A stretch of 44,177 nucleotides of DNA from a virus (taxonomy: Duplodnaviria > Caudoviricetes): the IMG/VR virus record IMGVR_UViG_3300029930_000003, positions 1 through 44,177 of that record. The stretch is one strand, 5' to 3'. The notes below the pieces were generated by a model that was given only the letters and a program-made list of their open reading frames with translations, was not told where the DNA came from and made no database searches. Below are positions 36,225 through 44,177 of the stretch, in pieces (position 1 is the first letter of the stretch; each line of letters opens with the position of its first letter). The position numbers and the translations under genes were made by a program.

Positions 36225-36290
36225 TTTGATAATGGTTATCAAAATGGTTGAGTGCGGGTATGGGTTATTTTTGATAACTAGTTATCAAAA
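36225..36290. promoter_or_regulatory. Palindrome copy 3 (36269-36290) plus a variant TTTGATAA-TGG-TTATCAAA (36225-36243)
   Basis: Direct reading; intergenic, upstream of terL. Confidence 0.75.
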
Positions 36291-36357
36291 TTACTGCAAT
36301 GCACAAATAGTAGATGTATTAAGCCGGGAAATTTTGGCACTTTGAGAGTGTGCTGCG

Positions 36358-37845
36358 ATGCAACAATTAGAGAAATTAATAGATAAGTTAGATCCATCGG
36401 AGTATCAGAAGTTATTAGAGCAGATAGGGGAGTATCGATCGGCGTTGGAGAGGGAGAAGGCGCAGGCGGGTTTTATGGATTATGTGAGGATGATGTGGCC
36501 GAGTTTTGTGATGGGTCGGCATCATGCGTTGATGGCGAAGAAGTTTGAGTTGATAGCGGAGGGGAAGTTAAAGAGGTTGATTATTAACATGCCGCCGCGG
36601 CATACGAAGAGTGAATTTGCTAGTTATTTGTTGCCGAGTTGGTTTTTGGGGAGGGCGCCGGAGAAGAAGGTGATACAGACCTCGAACACGGCGGAATTGG
36701 CGGTTGGATTTGGCAGGAAGGTACGGAATTTGGTGAGTAGTGATGTGTATGGGAGGGTATTTCCCGGTGTAAGTTTGAGGCAGGACAGTAAGGCGGCTGG
36801 GAGGTGGGCGACGAACCGTGGGGGTGAGTATTTTGCTATTGGGGTTGGGGGGACGGTGACGGGGAAGGGTGCGGACTTATTGATTATTGATGATCCGCAT
36901 TCTGAGCAGGAGGCTGCGTTAGCGGCGCACAATCCGGAGATTTTTGACAAGGTGTACGAGTGGTATACGTCTGGGCCTAGACAGAGGTTACAGCCGGGTG
37001 GTGCGATTGTAGTGGTGATGACGAGGTGGGCGAATCAAGATTTGACTGGGAGGATTATTAAGGATTCTCAGTCTCGGGACAGGGCGGATGAGTGGGATGT
37101 GATTGAGTTGCCGGCGATTATGCCGAGTGGTAAGCCGTTATGGCCTGAGTTTTGGAGTATTGAGGAGTTAGAGGCGTTAAAGGAGGAGTTGCCGATCTCC
37201 AAGTGGAGTGCGCAGTATCAGCAGTTGCCTACTGCGGAGGAGGGGGCATTAGTGAAGCGGGAGTGGTGGCAGAGGTGGGAGCATGATGATCCGCCGCCCT
37301 GTGATTTTTTGATTCAGAGTTGGGATACGGCGTTTACGAAAAACGAGCGCAGTGACTATTCGGCTTGCACGACGTGGGGTGTGTTTTACAAGGATGAGGT
37401 GGAGCCGAACATAATTTTGTTGGATGCGGTAGAAGACCGGTTAGAGTTTCCCGAGTTGAAGCAGAAGGCTTATGACAAGTACAAGGAATGGGAGCCGGAT
37501 GCGTGTATTGTGGAAGCCAAGGCAGCTGGGAGTCCGTTGATATTTGAATTGCGGCGGATGGGTATTCCGGTGAGTGAATACACTCCGGTGAGGGGGAATG
37601 ATAAGTTTGTGCGTATTAATTCTGTGACGGATCTATTTCGGTCTGGTAAAGTGTGGGCGCCGCATAAGCGTTGGGCGGACGAGGTGATTGAGCAGATGGC
37701 TGCGTTCCCGAATAGTCCGCATGATGACTTGGTGGATTCGACTACACAGGCGTTGATTCGTTTTAGGCAAGGTGGATTTGTCAGGTTAGACACTGATGAA
37801 GCGGACGAGCAGACGTATTTTCGTAGGCGACGGGCCTATTATTGA
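36358..37845 (+). CDS. terL: Terminase large subunit
   Basis: MPPRHTKS Walker A, LLIIDDP Walker B, SWDTA and HDDLVDS RNase H-like nuclease motifs. Confidence 0.95.
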   Translation: MQQLEKLIDKLDPSEYQKLLEQIGEYRSALEREKAQAGFMDYVRMMWPSFVMGRHHALMAKKFELIAEGKLKRLIINMPPRHTKSEFASYLLPSWFLGRAPEKKVIQTSNTAELAVGFGRKVRNLVSSDVYGRVFPGVSLRQDSKAAGRWATNRGGEYFAIGVGGTVTGKGADLLIIDDPHSEQEAALAAHNPEIFDKVYEWYTSGPRQRLQPGGAIVVVMTRWANQDLTGRIIKDSQSRDRADEWDVIELPAIMPSGKPLWPEFWSIEELEALKEELPISKWSAQYQQLPTAEEGALVKREWWQRWEHDDPPPCDFLIQSWDTAFTKNERSDYSACTTWGVFYKDEVEPNIILLDAVEDRLEFPELKQKAYDKYKEWEPDACIVEAKAAGSPLIFELRRMGIPVSEYTPVRGNDKFVRINSVTDLFRSGKVWAPHKRWADEVIEQMAAFPNSPHDDLVDSTTQALIRFRQGGFVRLDTDEADEQTYFRRRRAYY

Positions 37846-37853
37846 GGGCAAAC

Positions 37854-40232
37854 ATGGCTACAAACATAGATAAAGCGATGACTCCGATAGAGTTTACCGA
37901 GGGTCCGGCTTTGGAAATTGAGATTGAAAATCCGGAATCGGTGACGTTATCTGATGGAAGTATGGAGATAACGATTGTTCCTGATGGTCCGGACGAGATG
38001 GATTTTGACGCCAACATTGCTGAGTTTTTAGATGAGGGGGCGTTACAAAATTTGTCTGGTGAATTGGTAGGAGAAGTTGAGAGTGATGTTAACGCTAGGA
38101 AAGAGTGGTCAGATACATATGTAAAAGGATTAGATGTTCTTGGGTTTAAGTATGAAGATCGTACTGAACCTTGGGATGATGCGTGTGGAGTGTATTCAAC
38201 GGTTTTGGCTGAGGCGGTAATTCGTTTTCAAGCCGAGACGATGAGCGAGACGTTCCCTGCTCAGGGTCCGGTGAAGACCAAGATTGTTGGAGAAATGACG
38301 CCGCAGAAAGAGGAGTCTGCCAATCGGGTTCGTGCTGATATGAATTATCAGTTGACCGAACGAATGGTTGAATATCGATCGGAACACGAACGAATGTTGT
38401 ACAGCCTTGGATTGGCTGGGTCTGCATTTAAAAAGGTGTACTACGATCCAATTCTAGAACGACAGGTGTCGATGTACATCTCAGCTGAGGATGTGATTGT
38501 GCCGTATGGTGCATCGCATATTGACACGGCTGAGCGTATTACGCATGTCATGCGTAAAACCAAAACAGAGTTGAAGAAGCTGCAGGCAGATGGTTTTTAT
38601 CGAGACATTGATCTTGGAGAACCTGTAGCGTTCTTCTCAGACATTGAGAAAAAGAAAGCTGAAGAGGGTGGATACACCCTAACTTCAGATGACAGGTATG
38701 CGTTATATGAAATTCACGCATACATGAATATTGATGGGATTGATGACGAAGACGACATTCCCAAGCCGTATGTGGTGACGGTTGTAAAGGGTACAAACGA
38801 GGTGTTGTCAATTAGAAGGAACTGGGATCCGACTGATACGCGACAGTTGAAGAGACAGCATTTTGTACATTACATCTATGTACCCGGATTTGGTTTCTAT
38901 GGGTTGGGGTTGATTCACATCATTGGTGGATACGCTCGAGCGGGTACCTCAATTATCAGACAGTTAGTGGATGCGGGTACGCTCTCTAATCTTCCCGGTG
39001 GTTTGAAGAGCCGTGGGTTGAGGATCAAAGGCGATGACACTCCGATAGCGCCGGGAGAGTTCCGAGATGTAGATGTGCCGAGTGGTACGGTTCGGGACAA
39101 CATAATGACGTTGCCCTATAAAGAACCGAGCCAAACTTTAGCGGCGCTCCTCAACAAGATTACGGAAGAAGGTCGGCGACTGGGCGCAATTAGCGACATG
39201 AACATTAGCGATATGAGTGCTAATGCTCCAGTTGGAACGACTTTGGCGCTCTTAGAAAGAACATTGAAACCTATGGCTGCGGTGCAGGCTAGGGTTCATT
39301 TTGCTATGAAACAGGAGTTTAAGCTCCTAAAAGAAATCATTGCTGATTATGCAAATGAGCCGTATGACTACATTCCTGAAGGTGTAGATAGAAGAGCGCG
39401 TCAGGAAGATTATGCGGTTGTCGAAGTCATACCTGTCAGCGATCCCAACGCGACTACGATGGCGCAGCGGGTAGTGCAATATCAAGCCGCCTTACAAATG
39501 GCAGCGACGGCGCCGCAAATTTATAACTTGCCTTATTTGCATAGACAGATGTTAGAGGTGTTGGGGGTAAAAAATTCTGACAAAATTATTCCGTTGGCTG
39601 ACGATCAAAAGCCGCGGGATCCCATGTCTGAAAACATGGGTGTTTTGGTGGGCAAACCTGTCAAAGCGTTTATCTATCAAGATCACGATGCTCATATCGC
39701 TACACACCAATCGTTTATGCAAGATCCAATGATCATGCAATCAATTGGTCAGAATCCTATGGCACAACAGATTATGGGTGCATTGCAAGCACACATAGCT
39801 GAGCATTTAGGATTTGTATATCGTAAGCAGTTGGAAGAAAGACTAGGTGTGCAACTACCCGCACCGGATCAAGAGATTCCCGAGGAACTAGAAGTTGAGA
39901 TTTCAAGATTGATAGCGCAAGCTGGCGTTCAGTTGCAACAGATGCATCAATCTCAAGCGGCACAGCAGCAGGCGCAACAACAAGCACAGGATCCAGTTTT
40001 CCAGCTGCAGCAAGCTGAGTTGCAAGTGAAACAAGCGGATATCCAACGCAAAGCGGCCAAAGATCAAGCAGATATTCAAATTGCAAATCGTAAGGTAAAC
40101 ATTGAAGAGCAAAAAGTCATGGTGGATGCCCAAAGAGAGGGCACCAACATGCAAAACAAAGCTCAGCAGCAAGAGCAAAAAACGCAGCTTGAGATTATCA
40201 AGATGCTTGCAGGACAAACCCGAAACAGGTGA
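37854..40232 (+). CDS. Portal protein
   Basis: ~790 aa directly after terL; FKKVYYDP, GFYGLGL motifs; Gln-rich C-terminal barrel as in P22-like portals. Confidence 0.9.
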   Translation: MATNIDKAMTPIEFTEGPALEIEIENPESVTLSDGSMEITIVPDGPDEMDFDANIAEFLDEGALQNLSGELVGEVESDVNARKEWSDTYVKGLDVLGFKYEDRTEPWDDACGVYSTVLAEAVIRFQAETMSETFPAQGPVKTKIVGEMTPQKEESANRVRADMNYQLTERMVEYRSEHERMLYSLGLAGSAFKKVYYDPILERQVSMYISAEDVIVPYGASHIDTAERITHVMRKTKTELKKLQADGFYRDIDLGEPVAFFSDIEKKKAEEGGYTLTSDDRYALYEIHAYMNIDGIDDEDDIPKPYVVTVVKGTNEVLSIRRNWDPTDTRQLKRQHFVHYIYVPGFGFYGLGLIHIIGGYARAGTSIIRQLVDAGTLSNLPGGLKSRGLRIKGDDTPIAPGEFRDVDVPSGTVRDNIMTLPYKEPSQTLAALLNKITEEGRRLGAISDMNISDMSANAPVGTTLALLERTLKPMAAVQARVHFAMKQEFKLLKEIIADYANEPYDYIPEGVDRRARQEDYAVVEVIPVSDPNATTMAQRVVQYQAALQMAATAPQIYNLPYLHRQMLEVLGVKNSDKIIPLADDQKPRDPMSENMGVLVGKPVKAFIYQDHDAHIATHQSFMQDPMIMQSIGQNPMAQQIMGALQAHIAEHLGFVYRKQLEERLGVQLPAPDQEIPEELEVEISRLIAQAGVQLQQMHQSQAAQQQAQQQAQDPVFQLQQAELQVKQADIQRKAAKDQADIQIANRKVNIEEQKVMVDAQREGTNMQNKAQQQEQKTQLEIIKMLAGQTRNR

Positions 40233-40235
40233 TAA

Positions 40236-40433
40236 ATGGCTAAAACCATCTATGATGTGCTGCAGGAAAAGTTAGAAGATCACAAAAAGTCACATACTGA
40301 CTTTTTAGCGAGTGGTAGAGCGGCAGACTATGCCCTGTATCAAAATCAGTGCGGGATCATTCGAGGTCTTGACCTAGCACTGCGAGAAATCAATGACCTT
40401 GCGCAAAACTTCATGGATGAAAGCGATGAATGA
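40236..40433 (+). CDS. Small head-module hypothetical protein
   Basis: 65 aa, Y..CG.IRGL motif, between portal and GroES-like gene. Confidence 0.7.
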   Translation: MAKTIYDVLQEKLEDHKKSHTDFLASGRAADYALYQNQCGIIRGLDLALREINDLAQNFMDESDE

Positions 40434-40776
40434 AAATGAATTTGAAGCACAACTTCCTAAACCGGTAGGGTATAGATTGCTCATTGCACTACCACAAGTA
40501 GAGGATGAATATGATTCTGGGTTAGTCAAAGCTGATCAAACCAAGCATGCCGAAATGGTGCTGTCTATGATGGGTGCTGTCATAGACATGGGCGAACAGG
40601 CTTATGCCGACAAAGAGAGGTTCCCAAATGGACCTTGGTGCCAAGTTGGTGATTTTGTGATGTTTAGACCGAATTCTGGCACTCGATTTAGGGTGAACAA
40701 TCAAGAATATCGGTTACTAAATGACGACTCTATTGAGGCGGTAGTTGCCGATCCTCGAGGTGTTACGCGAGCTTGA
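40426..40776 (+). CDS. groES: GroES-like co-chaperonin
   Basis: PKPVGYRLLI, SGLV, VIDMG, VGDFV, YRLLNDDSIEAVV. Confidence 0.85.
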   Translation: MNENEFEAQLPKPVGYRLLIALPQVEDEYDSGLVKADQTKHAEMVLSMMGAVIDMGEQAYADKERFPNGPWCQVGDFVMFRPNSGTRFRVNNQEYRLLNDDSIEAVVADPRGVTRA

Positions 40777-40817
40777 CCCATTTACAGGTGAGTTAATCAC
40801 CTTGCGAAAGGATTGCC

Positions 40818-41768
40818 ATGCCTATTGAAAAAGTTGAATATGAATTTCCGGACCCGGATAAAGCGGTAGTTGAAGAAGAAACAGTTGCGTCCGCAGAACC
40901 GGAAAGTAACTCAGAAATTGAAATTGAAATTGTTGACGATACGCCGCCACAAGATCGTAATCGGGCCCCATCGGAGCCTCCGGCTGAAGTAACCGATGAC
41001 GAACTAGGTGAGTATTCAGAAAAGGTGCGCAAAAGGATTCAGCACTTTTCTAAGGGATACCATGATGAACGGCGTAAAGCAGAATCTGCTCTTCGAGAAA
41101 AAGAAGAGGCGATTCGAGCTGCGCAACAGTTGTTGCAAGAAAACGAAAGGCTTAAACAAGAATCGACCAAAACGCAATCAGCATTGCTAGATCAAGCAAA
41201 AGCTCGTGTCAATCAAGAGCTTGAGGTCGCCAAACGCGCCTATAAAGAAGCTTATGAATCTGGTGATTCTGAAAAACTTTTGTCGGCTCAGCTGGCACTG
41301 ACGGACGTACAGTCAAAAGTCAGTCGATTGGCTAGTTACAAGCCTCCCCCTTTACAACAGGAACAAACTCCTGTACAACCTGAAATTAACGCCCCGGCGC
41401 CTCGTGCGGATCAAAAAGCCTTGGCTTGGCAAAAAGCTAATCCTTGGTTTGGAACGGACGATGAGATGACAAGTCTGGCATTGGGGTTGCATCAAAAACT
41501 TGTCAGAGAAGGTGTAGATACTCAAAGTGATGAGTACTATGAGCGTATCAACGCTCGTATGCGTTCACTCTTTCCAGACTCATTTGGTTTGGAAGGAAAA
41601 TCGCCTGATAGGCCGCGTCGTAATGTAGTTGCTCCAGCGTCTCGTTCCACTGCGCCCAAAAAGATCGTGTTGACTGAGAGTGCTGTGAAGATTGCTAAAC
41701 GATTAGGTCTTACTCCCGAGCAATACGCTCGACAGGTTGCTGAAGATATGAGGAAACAAAATGGCTGA
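40818..41768 (+). CDS. Capsid scaffolding protein
   Basis: Acidic N-terminus, coiled coil, NPWFG, AKRLGLTPEQYA C-terminus; position in the head module. Confidence 0.75.
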   Translation: MPIEKVEYEFPDPDKAVVEEETVASAEPESNSEIEIEIVDDTPPQDRNRAPSEPPAEVTDDELGEYSEKVRKRIQHFSKGYHDERRKAESALREKEEAIRAAQQLLQENERLKQESTKTQSALLDQAKARVNQELEVAKRAYKEAYESGDSEKLLSAQLALTDVQSKVSRLASYKPPPLQQEQTPVQPEINAPAPRADQKALAWQKANPWFGTDDEMTSLALGLHQKLVREGVDTQSDEYYERINARMRSLFPDSFGLEGKSPDRPRRNVVAPASRSTAPKKIVLTESAVKIAKRLGLTPEQYARQVAEDMRKQNG

Positions 41769-42210
41769 AAACCGTCAATCTCGTGAACTTGAGACTCGTG
41801 AAAAAACTGCTCGGCGTCGTTCTTGGGTAAGGCCAGATGTATTGCCAAATCCAAATCCGGAACCGGGATATGAGTTTCACTGGGTTCGTATTAGTACTCG
41901 TGGACAAGCGGATCCCATGAATGTTTCTCTCAAACTTCGAGAAGGCTGGGAACCTGTCAAAGCTACGGACCATCCGGAAGTTCATCTTTCTAGCGTAGAA
42001 AATGAACGTTTCCGCGACAACATAGTGATTGGTGGTTTGTTACTTTGTAAGGCCCCAAAAGAATTGGTTGAGGATCGAAATGCTCATTATCAAGAGCAGG
42101 CCGATGCCCAGATCAACTCTGTAGACAACAACTTCATGCGCGAGAATGATCCAAGGATGCCTCTCTTTGCAGAGAGAAAATCCAAGGTGACATTCGGACG
42201 CGGTCAATAA
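41761..42210 (+). CDS. Conserved head-module protein
   Basis: WVR...REGWEPV...GGLLLCK motif. Confidence 0.7.
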   Translation: MAENRQSRELETREKTARRRSWVRPDVLPNPNPEPGYEFHWVRISTRGQADPMNVSLKLREGWEPVKATDHPEVHLSSVENERFRDNIVIGGLLLCKAPKELVEDRNAHYQEQADAQINSVDNNFMRENDPRMPLFAERKSKVTFGRGQ

Positions 42211-42224
42211 TCTAGGAGTCTTAA

Positions 42225-43055
42225 ATGGCTTACCCCACGATTGATTCTCCCTACGGCCTAAAGCCGATCAATCTGATCGGTGGTCAGGTATTCAGTGGCT
42301 CCACGCGGATGTACAACATTGACTACGCGTATTCCACTGATATCTTCTATGGCGACTTTGTCGCTCTTGTGCGTGGCAACTTGGAACGCATCAGCGTCAC
42401 CAGCGGTACCGCTGGCACCCTCGTTGGTATTTTCCTTGGCTGCACCTACACCGACCCGACGACCAAACAGAAGCGTTTTTCGCAGTACTGGCCTGCCTCT
42501 ACGGCGGCTGGTGATTGCCAAGCTTATGTTTGCGACGACCCGGACACGGTGTTCCAAGCTGCGGTCTGCTCTTCGGGCACGACTATGGCTTCGGGCGCAC
42601 GCGCCATGATTGGTCAAAACCTTGCGTGTTTGAACAATACTGGTAGCACCTCCACCGGCAATAGCAAAAACGCTCTTGCAGCCCCGACTGACACTCCGGC
42701 CACGACTAGTTCGCTGCCGATCCGTGTTATTGGTCTGGTGTCTGAGACTGCGGTTTCGCTGGGTACGGCGACGTTTACGAGCATTTCGACCGCTACGGTT
42801 ACCTGCTCGGCGCTGCCTTTTGCCCTGCCGGTCGGCACTGATGTGGGTTCGCTGGCCTCTAATGGTCAGTACATCCCGTCAGGTTCGTTTGTCGATACCG
42901 CAGCAAGTGCTGGTGCGACCTCGTTTATCTTGAATCAGGCTCCGGTTACGGCGTTTGCTTCGAGTGCCACGCTGGTCTTTACCCAGTTCCCCGAGCTTCT
43001 CGTCAAGCTCAACTTCGGCCAGCATGAGTATTACGCTGGTACGGCAACGGCCTAA
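42225..43055 (+). CDS. Capsid accessory/decoration protein
   Basis: PYGLKPI, IFYGD, GIFLGC.Y, DDPD..F; Ser/Thr/Ala-rich; just before the capsid gene. Confidence 0.6.
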   Translation: MAYPTIDSPYGLKPINLIGGQVFSGSTRMYNIDYAYSTDIFYGDFVALVRGNLERISVTSGTAGTLVGIFLGCTYTDPTTKQKRFSQYWPASTAAGDCQAYVCDDPDTVFQAAVCSSGTTMASGARAMIGQNLACLNNTGSTSTGNSKNALAAPTDTPATTSSLPIRVIGLVSETAVSLGTATFTSISTATVTCSALPFALPVGTDVGSLASNGQYIPSGSFVDTAASAGATSFILNQAPVTAFASSATLVFTQFPELLVKLNFGQHEYYAGTATA

Positions 43056-43067
43056 AGGAGTTATGAC

Positions 43068-43976
43068 ATGGCTATTTCACGCGCACAACTACTGAAGGAA
43101 CTCTTGCCGGGCCTGAATGCGCTGTTCGGTATGGAGTACAAACGGTACGGCGAAGAGCACAAGGAGATCTTTGAAGCTGAGACCTCCGAGCGTTCGTTTG
43201 AAGAGGAAACCAAGCTTTCCGGTTTCTCTGCAGCGCCTGTCAAAAACGAGGGTTCCGCCCTTGCGTATGACAACGCTCAGGAAGCTTGGACGGCTCGGTA
43301 CAACCACGAGACGATCGCTATGGGCTTTTCTATCACCGAAGAGGCGATGGAAGACAACCTGTATGACTCGCTCTCAAGCCGTTATACCAAGGCGCTCGCC
43401 CGTGCGATGGCTTACACCAAACAGGTGAAAGCTGCTGCAATCCTGAACAATGGCTTTAGCTCCGCTGTGACCTACGGCGACGGCGTCAGCCTGTTCTCGA
43501 CCGCGCATCCGCTGGTCTCGGGTGGCACCAACAGCAACCGTCCCGCGGTAGCTGCTGATCTTAACGAAACCTCGCTTGAGGCGGCTGTTATTCAGATCGC
43601 TGGCTGGACCGATGAGCGCGGACTGCTGATTGCGGCTAAACCCCGCAAGCTGGTTGTTCCCCCCGCCCTGATGTTCGTTGCAACCCGTCTGCTTGAGACC
43701 GAGCTTCGTGTCTCGACTGCGGATAACGACATCAACGCACTGAAATCGATGAACTCGATTCCAGAGGGCTATACGGTCAATCACTATCTGACCGATACCA
43801 ACGCTTGGTTCCTGTTGACTGATGTGCCCAATGGACTGAAGCATTTTGTGCGTACGCCGATGCAGACTTCTATGGACGCGGATTTTGACACTGGCAATGC
43901 TAGGTATAAAGCCCGCGAGCGTTATTCGTTTGGGGTGTCGGACCCGCTCGGCGCTTTCGGTTCGCCGGGAGCGTAA
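43068..43976 (+). CDS. Major capsid protein (Mu gpT-like family)
   Basis: MAISRAQLLKELLPGLNALFG N-terminus, RYKARERYSFG C-terminus; strong RBS, biased codons. Confidence 0.92.
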   Translation: MAISRAQLLKELLPGLNALFGMEYKRYGEEHKEIFEAETSERSFEEETKLSGFSAAPVKNEGSALAYDNAQEAWTARYNHETIAMGFSITEEAMEDNLYDSLSSRYTKALARAMAYTKQVKAAAILNNGFSSAVTYGDGVSLFSTAHPLVSGGTNSNRPAVAADLNETSLEAAVIQIAGWTDERGLLIAAKPRKLVVPPALMFVATRLLETELRVSTADNDINALKSMNSIPEGYTVNHYLTDTNAWFLLTDVPNGLKHFVRTPMQTSMDADFDTGNARYKARERYSFGVSDPLGAFGSPGA

Positions 43977-43983
43977 TAGCGGT

Positions 43984-44013
43984 AGGAAAGGGGCTTCGGC
44001 CCCTTTCTTTTTT
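43984..44013 (+). terminator. Rho-independent terminator after the capsid gene
   Basis: AGGAAAGGGGC-TTCG-GCCCCTTTCTT followed by Ts. Confidence 0.9.
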
Positions 44014-44041
44014 GTAGCAAGTGTGTTAAAACAATAGTATT

Positions 44042-44109
44042 CCGGGGTCAACCCGTGTATCAGACAGTCCCGGCTGACGGCATACAGACTGATACGCGCT
44101 TTAGTATGC
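44042..44109 (+). ncRNA. Pseudoknotted RNA element downstream of the capsid gene (candidate Mu-gpT-DE-type motif)
   Basis: Helices 44054-63/44089-98, 44042-47/44068-73, 44065-67/44074-76, 44080-85/44104-09. Confidence 0.6.
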
Positions 44110-44118
44110 GAGGCTTGA

Positions 44119-44177
44119 ATGGCTAACACGACCTTCAACGGGCCAGTTCGGTCAGAGAACGGGTTCCAAACTATTTC
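44119..44177 (+). CDS. Structural protein, 3'-truncated
   Basis: MANTTFNGPVRSENGF..., GAGG RBS; typical post-capsid gene start. Confidence 0.7.
   Translation, partial: MANTTFNGPVRSENGFQTI

Larger units (their letters stand above)
1..44177. mobile_element. Tailed dsDNA bacteriophage genome segment (podovirus-like organisation)
   Basis: TerS-TerL-portal-scaffold-capsid module, ejection-like gene cluster, ERF/SSB/helicase/primase genes; no bacterial housekeeping genes. Confidence 0.96.

Noticed and set aside
3830-36290. Repeated palindrome as CRISPR repeats, att sites or IS ends
   Set aside because: Copies are 11-21 kb apart, and no integrase or transposase is visible
44065-44098. Hammerhead ribozyme core
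   Set aside because: CTGACGG/CTGATAC do not match CUGANGA and there is no GAAA partner
43374-44138. 254-aa antisense ORF over the capsid gene
   Set aside because: Shadow of the strongly codon-biased capsid gene; crosses the terminator; no recognisable motif
1-44177. Alternative genetic code or stop-codon recoding
   Set aside because: Standard code gives full-length, densely packed ORFs, and TAA, TAG and TGA all serve as stops

Overview
This window is most of a tailed dsDNA bacteriophage genome, with podovirus-like gene order and protein families typical of uncultured freshwater proteobacterial phages (host inferred, not shown). It starts and ends inside the structural module. Order: (1) 1-19172, + strand: a truncated virion gene, a cluster of likely internal virion/ejection proteins, and an 11.8-kb polyvalent protein gene (amino-methyltransferase, Strawberry-notch-type SF2 helicase, HExxH metallopeptidase-like domain, LPD38-like C-terminus). 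(2) 19159-24114, - strand: recombination/auxiliary operon (Ref/DUF968-like nuclease, DUF3310, wHTH, RHH, SSB, ERF, Cas4-like nuclease). (3) 24197-30747, + strand: nuclease, a 580-bp heavily structured non-coding region, ParB-like protein, Rap1a-like immunity protein, a tandem paralogue array, helicase and Toprim primase-like gene. (4) 30668-35034, - strand: GC-rich block of small early-type genes with repeated RBS/hairpin modules. (5) 35185-44177, + strand: TerS, LexA-like HTH, TerL, portal, GroES-like protein, scaffold, capsid accessory protein, major capsid and a pseudoknotted downstream RNA element. Most notable: a promoter-driven two-domain pseudoknotted RNA upstream of the replication genes, a 20-bp perfect palindrome at three dispersed sites (one directly in front of the ParB-like gene), the giant polyvalent protein, and a sharp G/C skew switch at terS. 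No integrase, DNA polymerase, tRNA or CRISPR array is visible. All family assignments come from motif recognition by eye, not database searches.
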